Shown here: in pieces, positions 52,500-64,000 of the stretch
Layout of the letters: every line of letters begins with the position of its first letter
Numbering within the stretch: the first letter of the stretch is position 1
Source of the DNA: Mytilus trossulus
Lineage: Eukaryota
Reading direction: 5' to 3'
Assembly (NCBI RefSeq): GCF_036588685.1
Contig: NC_086379.1
Coordinates: 68,138,001-68,202,000 of the forward strand
Length of the DNA stretch: 64,000 nucleotides
The notes under the pieces: generated by a model
Databases searched by the model: none
Told to the model about the DNA's origin: nothing
Seen by the model: the letters and a program-made list of their open reading frames with translations, nothing else
Position numbers and translations under genes: made by a program

Positions 52500-54594
52500 A
52501 GTATGTGACACAACATAACTAAATGAAAATAAAAAATAACATTAATATACATTAATATTAATATACACCGTAGAAGTAAATTTATCAAGAGTCCCCTGTC
52601 CTCAGTTCAATAGACTGTTTTAAAAAGGATCATAGCTTATTTACCTGAATGATAGAAATTGGGTTGAGTATATATATATTATTTTATATATGTCATTTAA
52701 ATGTTTAAAGTGGATATTGTCATTTATCAAAAAATCAAAATAAACTTTTCTATTATTATGGTTTCCAATACAATATTAAAAAAAAAAATCATCTTCAATT
52801 TGTATTCAGTTTTTGTATAATCTTTCTTCTCTTGGAATTTTAAGGTATCTTCCCTTTTCTACTATTAAATTATGGTCACTAAATCAAAATTTTGTTATCA
52901 GTTTTCTGAATTCAAGTTTTTAGCAAGTTAAATATTTTTTTCTGTATTATTTACTTTTACATGTTTATAAATAGTGATTTTACTGATAAAGAAAGAAGAA
53001 TACTTTGGGTCAGTTCAAAAGTTTGGTTGGTTATTGGGAGGACAGTTCGTGTCAGTGTTCCTCCTGCAGATCTCAGTGAGCTGTAGGTCATTTATTTATC
53101 TATCTTGTATACTCTGGCTTATATATTTTTAGGCATAACTTTTTATTTGTGTTTTAGATACTTGAATTGCTTTTAGTGCTTTATATAATAGATATTGCAT
53201 GCATGTTATAGTTAATCTGCATTTTATGCTTGATAAGATTATTTATTCTTTGCACGATGTGCTTTGCGTTTTATCTGTTTTATGTATTGTGCGTGTCATC
53301 ATGTATGTTGGATAAAAGCTCTACAGAGCTTATGGTGTACTGTTAAATGTATAACCGACTTTAAATAAATCTTTTATGTTTATGCTTCATGCTTATGAAT
53401 ATTTCTATAAAGATGACATTAATAATCTCAGAAGTCCACTGAGGAACAAACCTAAGATAAAAGCTGTGACTTCCAAAAGATAAGTTGTACTACTTATATT
53501 TCAAGTTCGAGAGGGACTTTGAAGATATTTGCGTATTTCTCGCTAAATTGAAGACCCATTGATGGCCTTCAACTGTTGTCTGCTCTATGGTCGGGTTGTT
53601 GTCGCTTTGACACATTCCCCATTTCCATTTTAAATTTTATGTTTACCATGCCCCTGAATTCATGTTTTGCATTGAGGTGCAATAAACCCAAACAGTTCTC
53701 TGATGAATGAACGTTTTATTTAACAGATACTTATTTATGTTTGTACCTTTGAGAAATTGACATTTGCATAAAAAAATAATTTAAAATACCATTTATTTAT
53801 AGGGTTTAAAAGATTTCCGTACATAGTGAAAGTGACATGTTTCAGTCTATGGAAGGTGCGATACGATAAAAACTTTTCTTATATCAATGAGCGATATTGT
53901 CTTATATCAACGAGTTGCATTGTGGGAAATCTCAGACGAATGTTTACATTTTTATGAAGGAACGAAGATTTCTCGGTATAAAGTAATGATTCTTTTCTTA
54001 AAACAGGCTGACGTTTAACAAGACATACGTCTGCTGTATAATTTCCATGAATTATTTTAAAGTTATACCAAGCAAGATGTATTTAAACGAGAAAATTGAA
54101 TTGTTGAATAAATGAGACATAAATGCACGATTTATCATTTGTAGATGTACAAATTCAATTAATGTCATGTAGCAAATTATGTGGCATGCAATCGAGATGA
54201 ATTAAATTGTTGGATAAGCCAAAATCGTCTATAAGTCAAAAATACTGCTATATTTTAAAATATCAATGCGATGTTTGTCTTATATCATAGCGATATTTTT
54301 TTAATATCAAATATTTATGAATGCGATACTTTTCTAATATAACTGCTATAGTTTTAGAATTAATACGATGACACGTCACAATGCATGTCAAAAGAACCGC
54401 AAACATAATTCTTAAATCATTTTTAAAATGTTGATTGACCCTATTGATATTTGAAAGTGTTAACAACCTGTTCAGTCTATTGTTTTGCAATCACATGCTT
54501 TAACCGACAAATTCTATTTGAAGTGATGATGCAATGGCGGAATATGAATGCGGTTGTAAATAGTCTACCGACCTATTCGATTCTAAGAAAGGTC

Positions 54595-54731
54595 CAGTGG
54601 CGAATCCGGAGGGGGCGGGGGTTGAAACCCCCTTTTTTGGCCGATCAATGCATTTGAATGGGGATATATGGTTGATACCCTTTATCCTGGGTTTGAAACC
54701 CCCCTTTTACAAACGGCTGAATCCGCCCTTG
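54595..54731. mobile_element. Short GC-rich MITE (same family as 52351-52499)
   Basis: CAGTGGCGAATCC...GAATCCGCCCTTG with an AGGTC duplication. Shares the GATCAATGCATT core. Confidence 0.7.
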
Positions 54732-55024
54732 AGGTCACACTCCTATAGCCTATCCACATGGGTAACATCGAAATAAAAAAAAATCATTACTTAAAAGAAA
54801 AAAAAAACATTCATTCAAACAATCCAATTCAATACAGCAATGAATATTCAAATGGTAAAATAAATATTCCAAACAAATTGAAATGTACAAATGCTGTTGT
54901 CCCGATCTTTGAAGATACCAACTGAGTAGCCTCATACTATAAATTGAACAACTTCAGATCGAACGAAAATCAAAAATCTTGTGAAACAGAAACTGTATTT
55001 ATTATCACCATGTACGCTTATTTA

Positions 55025-55537
55025 CAAATTTAGCTATATATTTTGGACCTTGGATTATAGCTCTCCCTCTTTTATATAAGCTTTCGATTTCAAATATTTT
55101 GGCAACGAGCATCACTTCAAAGACACTGTATTGTCGAAATGCGCATCTAGTGCATGGAAATTAGGACCGTTAATGTTATTACTTCCACTGGGTCGATGTC
55201 TTTGTTGGTGGACGGTTAGTTCCCGGTGATATCACCAGCCTATAGTAGCCAGTACCTTGGTACTGGTACTGGCATGTAAATACGGATTTTTTTGTGCTAT
55301 TTAAATTTTCTGTAGCAAATTTTTAGAAATTATTATAAATTATGGAATGTATCTTCCTCATGCAAAGCTCTGATTCCTTTCACGGATTTGGCTATACTTT
55401 TTGAACCTTTTGGATTATAGCTCTTCATCTTTTATATAAGCTTTGGATTTCAAATATTTTGGCTACGAGCATCGCTGAAGAGACGTGTATTGTCGAAATG
55501 CGCATCTGGTGCAGGAAAATTGGTACCGTTAATGTTT
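55025..55537 (+). mobile_element. Non-LTR retrozyme: ~1.4 tandem copies of a 359-nt unit delimited by two type I hammerhead motifs
   Basis: 55025-55178 is repeated at ~55384-55537. Hammerheads at 55109-55153 (core mutated) and 55469-55512 (intact). Confidence 0.8.
55469..55512 (+). ncRNA. Minimal type I hammerhead ribozyme
   Basis: Stem I GCATCG/TGGTGC, CTGAAGA, stem II GAC..GTC, GAAA, palindromic TGCGCA, TC cleavage site after 55506. Confidence 0.8.
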
Positions 55538-55610
55538 TTACATCGCGACAACCGCGAGGACATTCGCTGTATTGTTACCAGAGATTTGACCTTAGTTTTT
55601 TACTAGTAAC

Positions 55611-55640
55611 CAGAGACATATAATATATTATATGTCTCTG
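55611..55640. mobile_element. 30-bp palindromic transposon footprint with 7-bp TSD
   Basis: TAGTAAC-CAGAGACATATAATATATTATATGTCTCTG-TAGTAAC. Confidence 0.75.
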
Positions 55641-55770
55641 TAGTAACCGATCGTATAAATACGCTTACATTTCTTAGTGCAAAATAACAATCCGTATCGC
55701 TTGTTATAAATTCATTTCTACAATGAATGCTAAAAAAAAATGTTTAGAAAACAAATAGATAAGATGTAAA

Positions 55771-55812
55771 CGCCAAACGCGCGTTTCGTCTACAAAAGAC
55801 TCATCAGTGACG
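55771..55812 (-). ncRNA. Minimal type I hammerhead ribozyme, second family
   Basis: Minus strand: CGTCA-CTGATGA-GTCTtttgtAGAC-GAAA-CGCGCG-TT-TGGCG. Confidence 0.75.
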
Positions 55813-55944
55813 CTCGAATCCAAATGTGTATACGTATTTTCTATATTTTAGAAATAATTCAGGAAAGCCATAGATTGTTGGAAATTTACACATGGATGGG
55901 GCCGTGATATTCGAATTTTATCCTATTGATTTCTCCGAGCTCTT

Positions 55945-56345
55945 ACAAGTAAAATTGAGAATGAAAATAGGGAATGTGTCAAAGAGACAACAACCCGACC
56001 ATTTAAAAAATCAACAGCAGCAGGTCACCAACAGGTCTTCAATGTACGAGAAATTCCCGCACCCGGAGGCGTCCTTCAGCTGGCCCCTAAACAAATATAT
56101 TCTAGTTCAGTGATAATGAACGCCATACTAATTTCCAAATTGTCCACAAGAAACTAAAATTAAAATAATACAAGACTAACAAAGGCCAGAGGCTCCTGAC
56201 TTGGGACAGGCGCAAAAATGCGGCGGGGTTAAACATGTTTGTGAGATCTCAACCCTCTCCCTATATATACCTCTAACCAATGTAGAAAAGTAAACGCATA
56301 ACAATACGCACATTAAAATTCAGTTCAAGAGAAGTCCGAGTCTGC
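55945..56345 (-). mobile_element. Abundant SINE-like dispersed repeat
   Basis: Shares segments (CCTGACTTGGG, GCGGGGTTAAACATG, GGGAATGTGTCAAAG, TCAGCTGGCCCCTAAAC) with copies at ~25465-25760, 53545-53640 and 19000-19030. Confidence 0.6.
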
Positions 56346-57849
56346 ATTACTTCTTTTTATTATGCATTACTTCTTTTTATTATGCATCCAAATAAGAATA
56401 ATAGTTATTTTTTTTTTAATTGCACTTTTTAAAACAATAAAATCGGCAAAGGGTCTGCAAATAGGTTCCAATGCATGCATATTTACGCGGAAAGTATATT
56501 GTACATACCAGCAATTATTATGTATACCTCTGAGTCTGCGCTAAGTTTAGATCTATCGAGAATTTTGTCACAGTGTTGTTCACAAATCGACGTCATACTA
56601 AAATTATAAATTTTGATCTTTCAGTGCTGTTTATTTGGAATTTTTATTGACGTAATCGTTCTTGTACCATCATAACTGTCGTTACCGTTAAAGATTAAGA
56701 AGTGTACTAGTTTATATTGCACTGTACAAAAGATTCAGCACCCAAATGACGATTTTTGGAGGTCTAGAGAGCAGTTATTTATAAAGGGATATTTTAAAGA
56801 TTTATAGATATAAGAAGATGGTGCATGAGTTCGAATGAGACAACTTTCCACAAAGTATAATGATTTGTTTCAAGTAAACCATTATAGATCAAAGTAGGGC
56901 CTTAAACACGGAGCCTTGGCTCACAGCAAGCACCACGCTATATAGGAACAAAAAAAATACTAGTGTTAAACCATTCAAACAGGAAAACCAACGGTCTAAT
57001 TTTAAAAAAAAAAGGAGATTCAAGAGTACAGGTCAGATTTTGTCGAATCAATCTGAACGAGAACAGTATGATTCATCTTTATCACAAGTTAGTTTCATTT
57101 TTATCAATAAAGAAAGTCTTACATGCATGCATTGCGAGCATATCAGATATATATTCTTTCGATGCGTTCATTATAAAATTGCTAAATCTTAATGATATAT
57201 AGTATGTGAACAATAATGTGATAGCTATTTTATTACGATATTGTTTATTAAACCACATCGGTACTGGCATTTTTCACATTTTGAAAATGGTGGATTGAAC
57301 TTGGTTTTATAGCGCTTAACCTCTCACGTGTATGACAGTCTCATCAAATTCTGTCATATTTACAACGTTGCGTAAACAAAACAGACATAATGGGAAAATT
57401 GTAAACATATGGGTACAGCAGTCAAATATTGATACTAATAAGTGCTAATATTGATATAACAAAAACACCGCTATGATATTTTAAAAGTATCGCATTGATA
57501 TTTTAAAAGTATCGCATTGCTTATTTATGTATATAAGAAAAACACAGCACTTCAAATTTTACACGGACATAAACGTTAGCGTTTAGCTAACTTCTGAATG
57601 TATAATTAGACTCAATTGTTGTTTATATTTGAACAATAAGTTTAAAAGTTAGTATTTACTTAATTTTTCGTTGCCAAAAACAACATTTTCCGCATGAAAT
57701 GTCTGCATGTTTACAATTGATATTAGACAATATCGCTCATTGATATAAGAAAAGTTTTTATCGATACGCTTCTTCCATAGACTGTGTTTCATCTAACTGC
57801 AATTCTGTAGTTACAGACATAACTGAAAGGCGCAATATAAACGCATGTG

Positions 57850-59020
57850 TAAACGGCAAAAGGACTGACGTTCACATTTATACTTTAATAAATTTGAATA
57901 ATTTTTTCAACAAATTGAATAGATTTTTTGTTTTGTTAAATAGTTGATCAGATTTACAGATATAAGATCTGGACCAACAGTACTTTTTTTTCTCTCTCTG
58001 CCTGACATGTTTAACTCTTTTTTTTTCAAAATCGGCATGGGCTTATCTCGCCCTTTATTTAAATAAATTCAGATACAAACTATTCTGTTCTGTTATCTTT
58101 TTGATGTCTTTCACTCAATGTTCTGAGAAGAGAAAGTTCCTCTTATCTCTGACATCTAACCAATGGTCATGGCCTCATTGTCTTGTTTCTCTATCAGTCC
58201 TTGTTCTTTTAAGGTGTCACAATTTTCTTTTAGTATTGTTGTTTCTCCTTCCAATTCAAGTAAGTAAGTCTTTTGTGGAAGATCTAGTGTGATTTTTATT
58301 TTATTTTCATCTCCTTCTATTTGTGTTTTCGGTGTTCCTTTCTTTCTCTACCAGTTGTAGATGTACCCTCGGCACCTACAGTGGAAGCGGGACCTTTTGG
58401 TGATTATGTGGCTGTTGAAAGTGAAGGAGCTTCATCTTTCTTAGAGTTTTGCTCAGCCGATGCGTCCGTTGTAGCATTCGTCTCTATTAGTTGAGCGGTA
58501 TTGCCTAGCTCATCAGATGTTGAGGAGTCATTGTCTATCATTAGAGCTGGAGTTCCAATCTCTGCAGTTGACTCGGACTTTTTGGTCAAAAATGTCCTAT
58601 CAGAACGGGACTTAGATGACTTCTTTTAAGGTGGTTATGTCGACCTCTCTCTTTCCGCTATCTTCAGTATCTTTCAGTACAGTAAGTTTGTAACGTCCAT
58701 TCCGAGCTGATAAAAGCCAGTAGGCGGTTTGGTGTTCTAACAAATGCAAAATGGTAAAGATATCACCAGATAATACGGGCTGTTGTTTATGGCAAGAAGT
58801 TCTCGTCAAAACTATGTTTAAACGTTGTTGGTGTGTTTCACTGCCATCATAAGACATTATGAGAGTTTCCTGACATATTTAACTAATAGTATTCGATAGT
58901 CTGGACCAACAGTACTGTGGTAAAAAGGTCTTTCTTTCTAAATTAAGGCATTTACAATTCATTATGTGGTGATGCTCGTCACCAATGTCACTTGAGTCAC
59001 AGAGACGGCTCTGTAAACCA
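57850..59020 (-). mobile_element. LINE ORF2 C-terminal remnant interrupted by a ~915-bp retroposed insert (57985-58899) with a 17-bp TSD
   Basis: LCDSSDIGDEHHHIMNC...LPQYCWSR continues on the far side of the insert. TCTGGACCAACAGTACT at 57968-57984 and 58900-58916. T-tract at the insert's left end. Confidence 0.65.
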
Positions 59021-61324
59021 TGTAATCTCGCAGTCTCACTTGACAGATGGTGAGTGGCAATCACATTAATATTTTATCATTTAAAATATTGTGTTTTATT
59101 TTGTTTCTTGATTAAAAATATAATTTTATGAAATTAAGTATGTATTGTCTTAATCCTGATTAAAATAACTATAAAAAATACAGGACATGACACGAATTCA
59201 ATTAAAGGCTTAAGATTTAATTACTGTCAATTGTAATCTGTGAACAACTGTAGCGTCCTGGTATTTAATTCTTTTGAAAGTAAGTTTATAGTAGTTTAAA
59301 TCTATGACATAGGAAAGTTCAAACGTAAGTTTACACTGATTTTTCATTTTTTTTTAAATTTTGATTAGAATTTGTAAAGTATAACAGAAATGTATATTTT
59401 TATAGTTTCACCAAGATAAAGTTCGAATAAAAAATAAACTTGCGATTCTTTTGTATTTAATATCCTAAATAGCCTTCGTGATTTACATTATTGGATTTTT
59501 TTTAAATATTTTGTATAAAATGATATAAAAAATACTTTAAATTACATGGACTTTCTTGTATGTTCTGACTAACCTTAGAAACTTATACACTGTAATATGA
59601 AATGCATTGCCATAGAAACCGTCGAGTCGCGTCAATGACAAGTTACAGTCCGGAATAAATAAGTAATAAAACTGACCCCTATACACATGTTTATACTGGT
59701 TTTAAATCACAGTGATCTTTTCTAGTGAAATGAACATGAAATATCCCCAAAACATTTTCCACTTTTAAATCAGTTGAAATTTATTGACGTTTTTTTTTTT
59801 CCTGCGTGAATTCTTTTTCTGCAAATTGCATAAATCTCATTTCAAAAGTAATACCGTAAAAAAGTCATATTTTCAAAGAATGAAATTTAAATATTTGTGA
59901 TCGATGAATTCATGCAGTAATTCTATTTTTATATACCTCGACATTATCTGGGATAGTTTGATTTAAAACGTGACGTAAATTGAATACTTTATATCAACCC
60001 ATATTCTAACCTTCTTTAGTTATGGTCAATAGAAAACAAATATTATAACGGTAGCCATAACAGACAGGCCCAATATAAAGTAAAGCATAACTTGATTAAA
60101 AGCTTGACAAGAACTTCAGAATTCGGTAATATATATGTTCTTTTTCTCTCTCTCCGTTTTCTCATTTTTCTGTCAAATGCTACTGTAATAGATATTCGAT
60201 AAATAATGACCGCTTGACGAGTTCGATTCTCTTTTTGAATGTTCGACGGTTATAAAAATATTGTCATTAAAAAATTTGATAACGAAAAAAACGATAACTT
60301 CATCAATCAGTGATTTTTTTTTTAGATTGATTCATCGCTTAAAAATCCAATAGTAAGAAACAATTTCAACGTTTCCTTTATATTAGCGATAGCGATTTTT
60401 CTGATTATTTGTTTTGTTACTATAGTACTGCAGACTGTTACACGAAGGTCACATTTCAGAACGGACTTTTAAATAATATAATGACTAATTATCATTAAAA
60501 GTTTAATAGTGAGAACGTTGATATCTTGGTGATATTATAGTTAAGAAGTGTTAATGTGCTAACAAGTAACAGGTAACGTAATAATATATATTTTTCATTC
60601 TTTTTTTTTAAAAGGGCAATATTTTCTTTTTTATTATTTTTCAACTTAACAAGTGATTAAGGAACGATTTGGTGTCGCATATTTATATCGTAGTTCAAAA
60701 TTTGGAACACTGCCGGTATGAATATTGTCGTACAAGCTTGAAACCCTGGAGGAAATTTGTTCCCAATTCGGCATGATTTATTTTGCCTGCATGGCATTGC
60801 TCAGAACCTCAGCTTTTAATATACCACACGGGAGAGTAAAACAACTTGAGGAATATAAAAAAAAATGACCAGTAGAATCATATACCGGTCACCAATTGAT
60901 CATTTCCGAAAGACGAAGAATGTATGCAATATATATTTATCATACATTAAAGGAAGCTAGTTTCATTTTCTGATCTTGTTTTCAAAATTGGTAAGGAAGA
61001 ATTCAAATAGAAGTAATATTTCGTGTGAATGACAATTTGTATGATGTATGTTATTACATTATAATTTTATATACAGATTCTGTTTTGACATGAAATTTTT
61101 AATTGACGAATTTATTTGATTCCATACCTTGATACGAGCATGTCATGTGTATATATGTTGTTGTTGTTTTGTTTTGTATATGTTTTTATGTGTTTACATG
61201 TTTCAGCGATGACCCTTTTGTACTGGATTTTATACTGAATAAAATTAGTTAGTTAGTTAGTTAGTTATTAAAAATCTTATCATTTCATTTATTTTGTCAT
61301 TTTATTTCAGATTTCATAGGAAAA

Positions 61325-64000
61325 ATGTCCGACCCTTTATTATGGAACTGTGAAAGAGTGAAACAATTTTTAAGTGAAAACGGATTGCAAGAATACCAGA
61401 AACTACTATGTGATGAGAACAGAATCGACGGCCGTGTTCTCCTAACATTGACAGAGAAGGATTTATATCAGCTTAAAATATCAGCTTTAGGCGATATCAA
61501 AAGACTATTGTTTGCAATCCAAGACCTTCAGAGTGGACAGAATTCACGGTTACAATTTCCAAATTACCATAATGACTGTCATTCGTCCTCTTCCTCAGAA
61601 AGTTCCTACATGATAGATATTCTAGATTCCTCTGACGATGAAAAACATAACTATAGGTCAAAACGGAAAATAAATCAAGAAGTATGGAAGACGGGTGTCA
61701 GCATTGTCTATACATTCATTGTACATTTTGTGACTAGTTTTGCTATCATAGTTGCACAAGAGCGCATGCCTGACAAAAAGCAATATCGCCCATTACCTGA
61801 CGTTATGCTAGATAGTATAACTTATGTACCATGGGCATATAAAGTGACGGAGGGAGTTATTTTAGCTGGATTTATTACATATTTTATAATATTAGTATTT
61901 CACAAATATAGGTACGTATATATAGGCCTATAGGTTCAGATGAACTAAGCAAGAAAGACATAGTAGTTTGCAGAGAATATCTTTCATTCAAAGCAGAAAA
62001 TAAAAATAAATTATTAATTTAGAAGTCAGTTTATGGCTTCGTTCGGGTTTATATCGCCAACAAGGAAAACAAAGTATAAAATAAAATTGAAAGATATGGT
62101 ATGATTATTAATGAGACAACTCTTAACCAAAGACCAGATGGCGTAGAAGGTTGGCAACTATCTAACAATTCAACTTACTAGGAATTAGTATCAAAGCTGG
62201 TTTTTTTTTTAGTAAAGTGAGTGAAGTTTTGGTATGTGTTCACGTACTTTCTTTCTAGATATGCTAAAGTCACGTTATTGAAATGTTCAAATCTGTATTA
62301 AAGTAAAAGTAAATTTAGGGATTTGGATTTAGCATGCGATCTTCAATCATACTTTTCAGAATAAAGTCAGACTGATCTCCAAAACCTAATAATAATAGAA
62401 CTAATCCTAAGCTGTTATGTAATTATTGCATGCTTTGGGATTTCATGTAATCTATATAATACTAAGGATATGTAGTCAACCACTATAATTTAATAATAAA
62501 ACGATTTGTATATTTTCAGGTTTATTTTACTCAGAAGAATGTTTGTCATTGCCGCCTCAATCTTTTTATTTCGCAGTATATGTGTGATCGTTACCTCATT
62601 ACCGATGCCTCAAGAAAATTTCAACTGTGAAAAACTGGTATGTCATCATTTTTATACAAAGGATAAATCAAATTGATCGAGTGGTCTATAGTGCGTCGGG
62701 CATAGTGCAAAGGCGATTTGGTGCCACGATATCTCAGTAGCATGAGTTCGAATCGCAGCCAAAAGAAAAACTGCGGAAAAAATACAAATCTAACATACCC
62801 TCAACTATGTCTTTACATCATTATTTTTTGTCCCAAAAATATGAAGGCCATTGTCAATTAATTATACTAGTAGTTAAAGGCCGAAACTATGAAACACTCA
62901 AAAAGCTTTTGACAATATTTAAAACGGTATACCTTTGCATTGATATGGAATGGAAGAGAACATTCAGAAAACAACTCTGTATAGTGCCAACTTAGTCTCT
63001 CATAAAAAATTTCTTGTATGGATATGTATATTGAGCTTTGACTTTAGTTTAGATTGAACGTGACTTCTCCGACAAATTACAACCATGATACTAGTACATT
63101 ACTTGTAAAACAATCTTTACATTAAAGATTGATATCAAAATTCAAAATTATCGATACGCACAATCAACAATTGAAATTGTATTAAAAAAAAGGATATAGC
63201 AGACATAATGTAGAACTTAAATAACACGAGTCAAATGATGCAACATATTGAAAAAATCTTAGCAACTGCACATGCAATTTAAATTATATTTTTAGGTATT
63301 TAAAAACGGCTGGGAACGATTTTCAAGAGCTCTAGAGATTTATTCCGGAATGGGAATGAAAGTCTCTGGATTAAAAACATGTGGAGATTACATGTTTAGT
63401 GGACATACAGTCACAATAACAACTCTTATTCTTCTCATTAATGAATGTAAGTAAATCTTATGTATATATGTTCCGTTACATCACATCTACTTCATGATAT
63501 CATATGGAACTTACTTTGAATCTATTGATTTATGATTTAGATTTTTTTAAAACCAATACCAACAACATGGAAAGAGAAAGAAACAGAAATCAACGACTTA
63601 TATTCTCAGCCATACTGAAAACATCTTCAGTATATAAATGGCCAGTTGTAATCAATTTCAAGATATAGAGTACCATTTAATAGCAGACCATTTTAACTTT
63701 TGGTGTTTGCTATCCCATATAATTGTAATTGAAAATGATCACAACTTATTGCTACACTGCTAATTTTTTTTTAAAAGAGGTACATAAAAAATTGTTTCGA
63801 TCACATATAAAGTCAGAGATGGAGTCGATTTATTCGTGAATTAATTTTTCGCCAAGTGTTTCGTTATTTACTTCAATTTTCAAAATCGGAATCAATGTGT
63901 GTACGTTGACCAACGTCATAATTTAATTATTATTTATTTCAGATACACCAAAAAGATGGATATTTCTACACATACTGGTGTGGATTGTGGGGTTGTCTGG
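61325..64000 (+). CDS. Second, diverged SAMD8/SMSr-like paralogue, 3'-partial. Exons 61325-61911, 62520-62637, 63296-63446, 63943->64000
   Basis: SAM domain, RPLPD, RRMF and [10 protein letters not shown] motifs. Internal exon sizes (118, 151) and intron phases are identical to the first copy. Confidence 0.93.

Larger units (their letters stand above)
53843..57784. mobile_element. ~3.9-kb non-autonomous TIR element with 5-bp TSD (TGTTT) containing nested insertions
   Basis: ~68-bp inverted repeats at 53843-53910 and 57717-57784 (CAGTCTATGGAAG...). Further subterminal inverted similarity at ~54255-54293 and ~57469-57506. Confidence 0.8.

Overview
AT-rich, intron-containing animal genomic DNA, most likely a bivalve mollusc (the repeat families resemble those of Mytilus; this is inference). 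Six protein-coding loci were assembled by hand from GT-AG exon chains. (1) The 3' part of an uncharacterised low-complexity protein (+, ends at 9616). (2) An intronless BTB/POZ protein (+, 16701-17423). (3) A two-exon stathmin-like coiled-coil protein (-, 21287-20026). (4) A complete VDAC/porin with 8 coding exons (-, 32999-26207, 282 aa). (5) A complete SAMD8/SMSr ceramide phosphoethanolamine synthase, divergent from VDAC (+, 40243-42915, 429 aa). (6) A diverged tandem SAMD8 paralogue running off the window (+, from 61325). Non-coding space holds Helentron-type HINEs, MITEs, LINE remnants, SINEs and minisatellites. Most notable: the VDAC-SAMD8 neighbourhood, which mirrors human SAMD8-VDAC2 and links two ceramide/apoptosis genes; a ~600-bp TSD-flanked insert predicted to fold into a ~335-nt rod-like RNA; hammerhead-ribozyme retrozymes; two apparent P-element excision footprints; and a candidate poison exon in VDAC.
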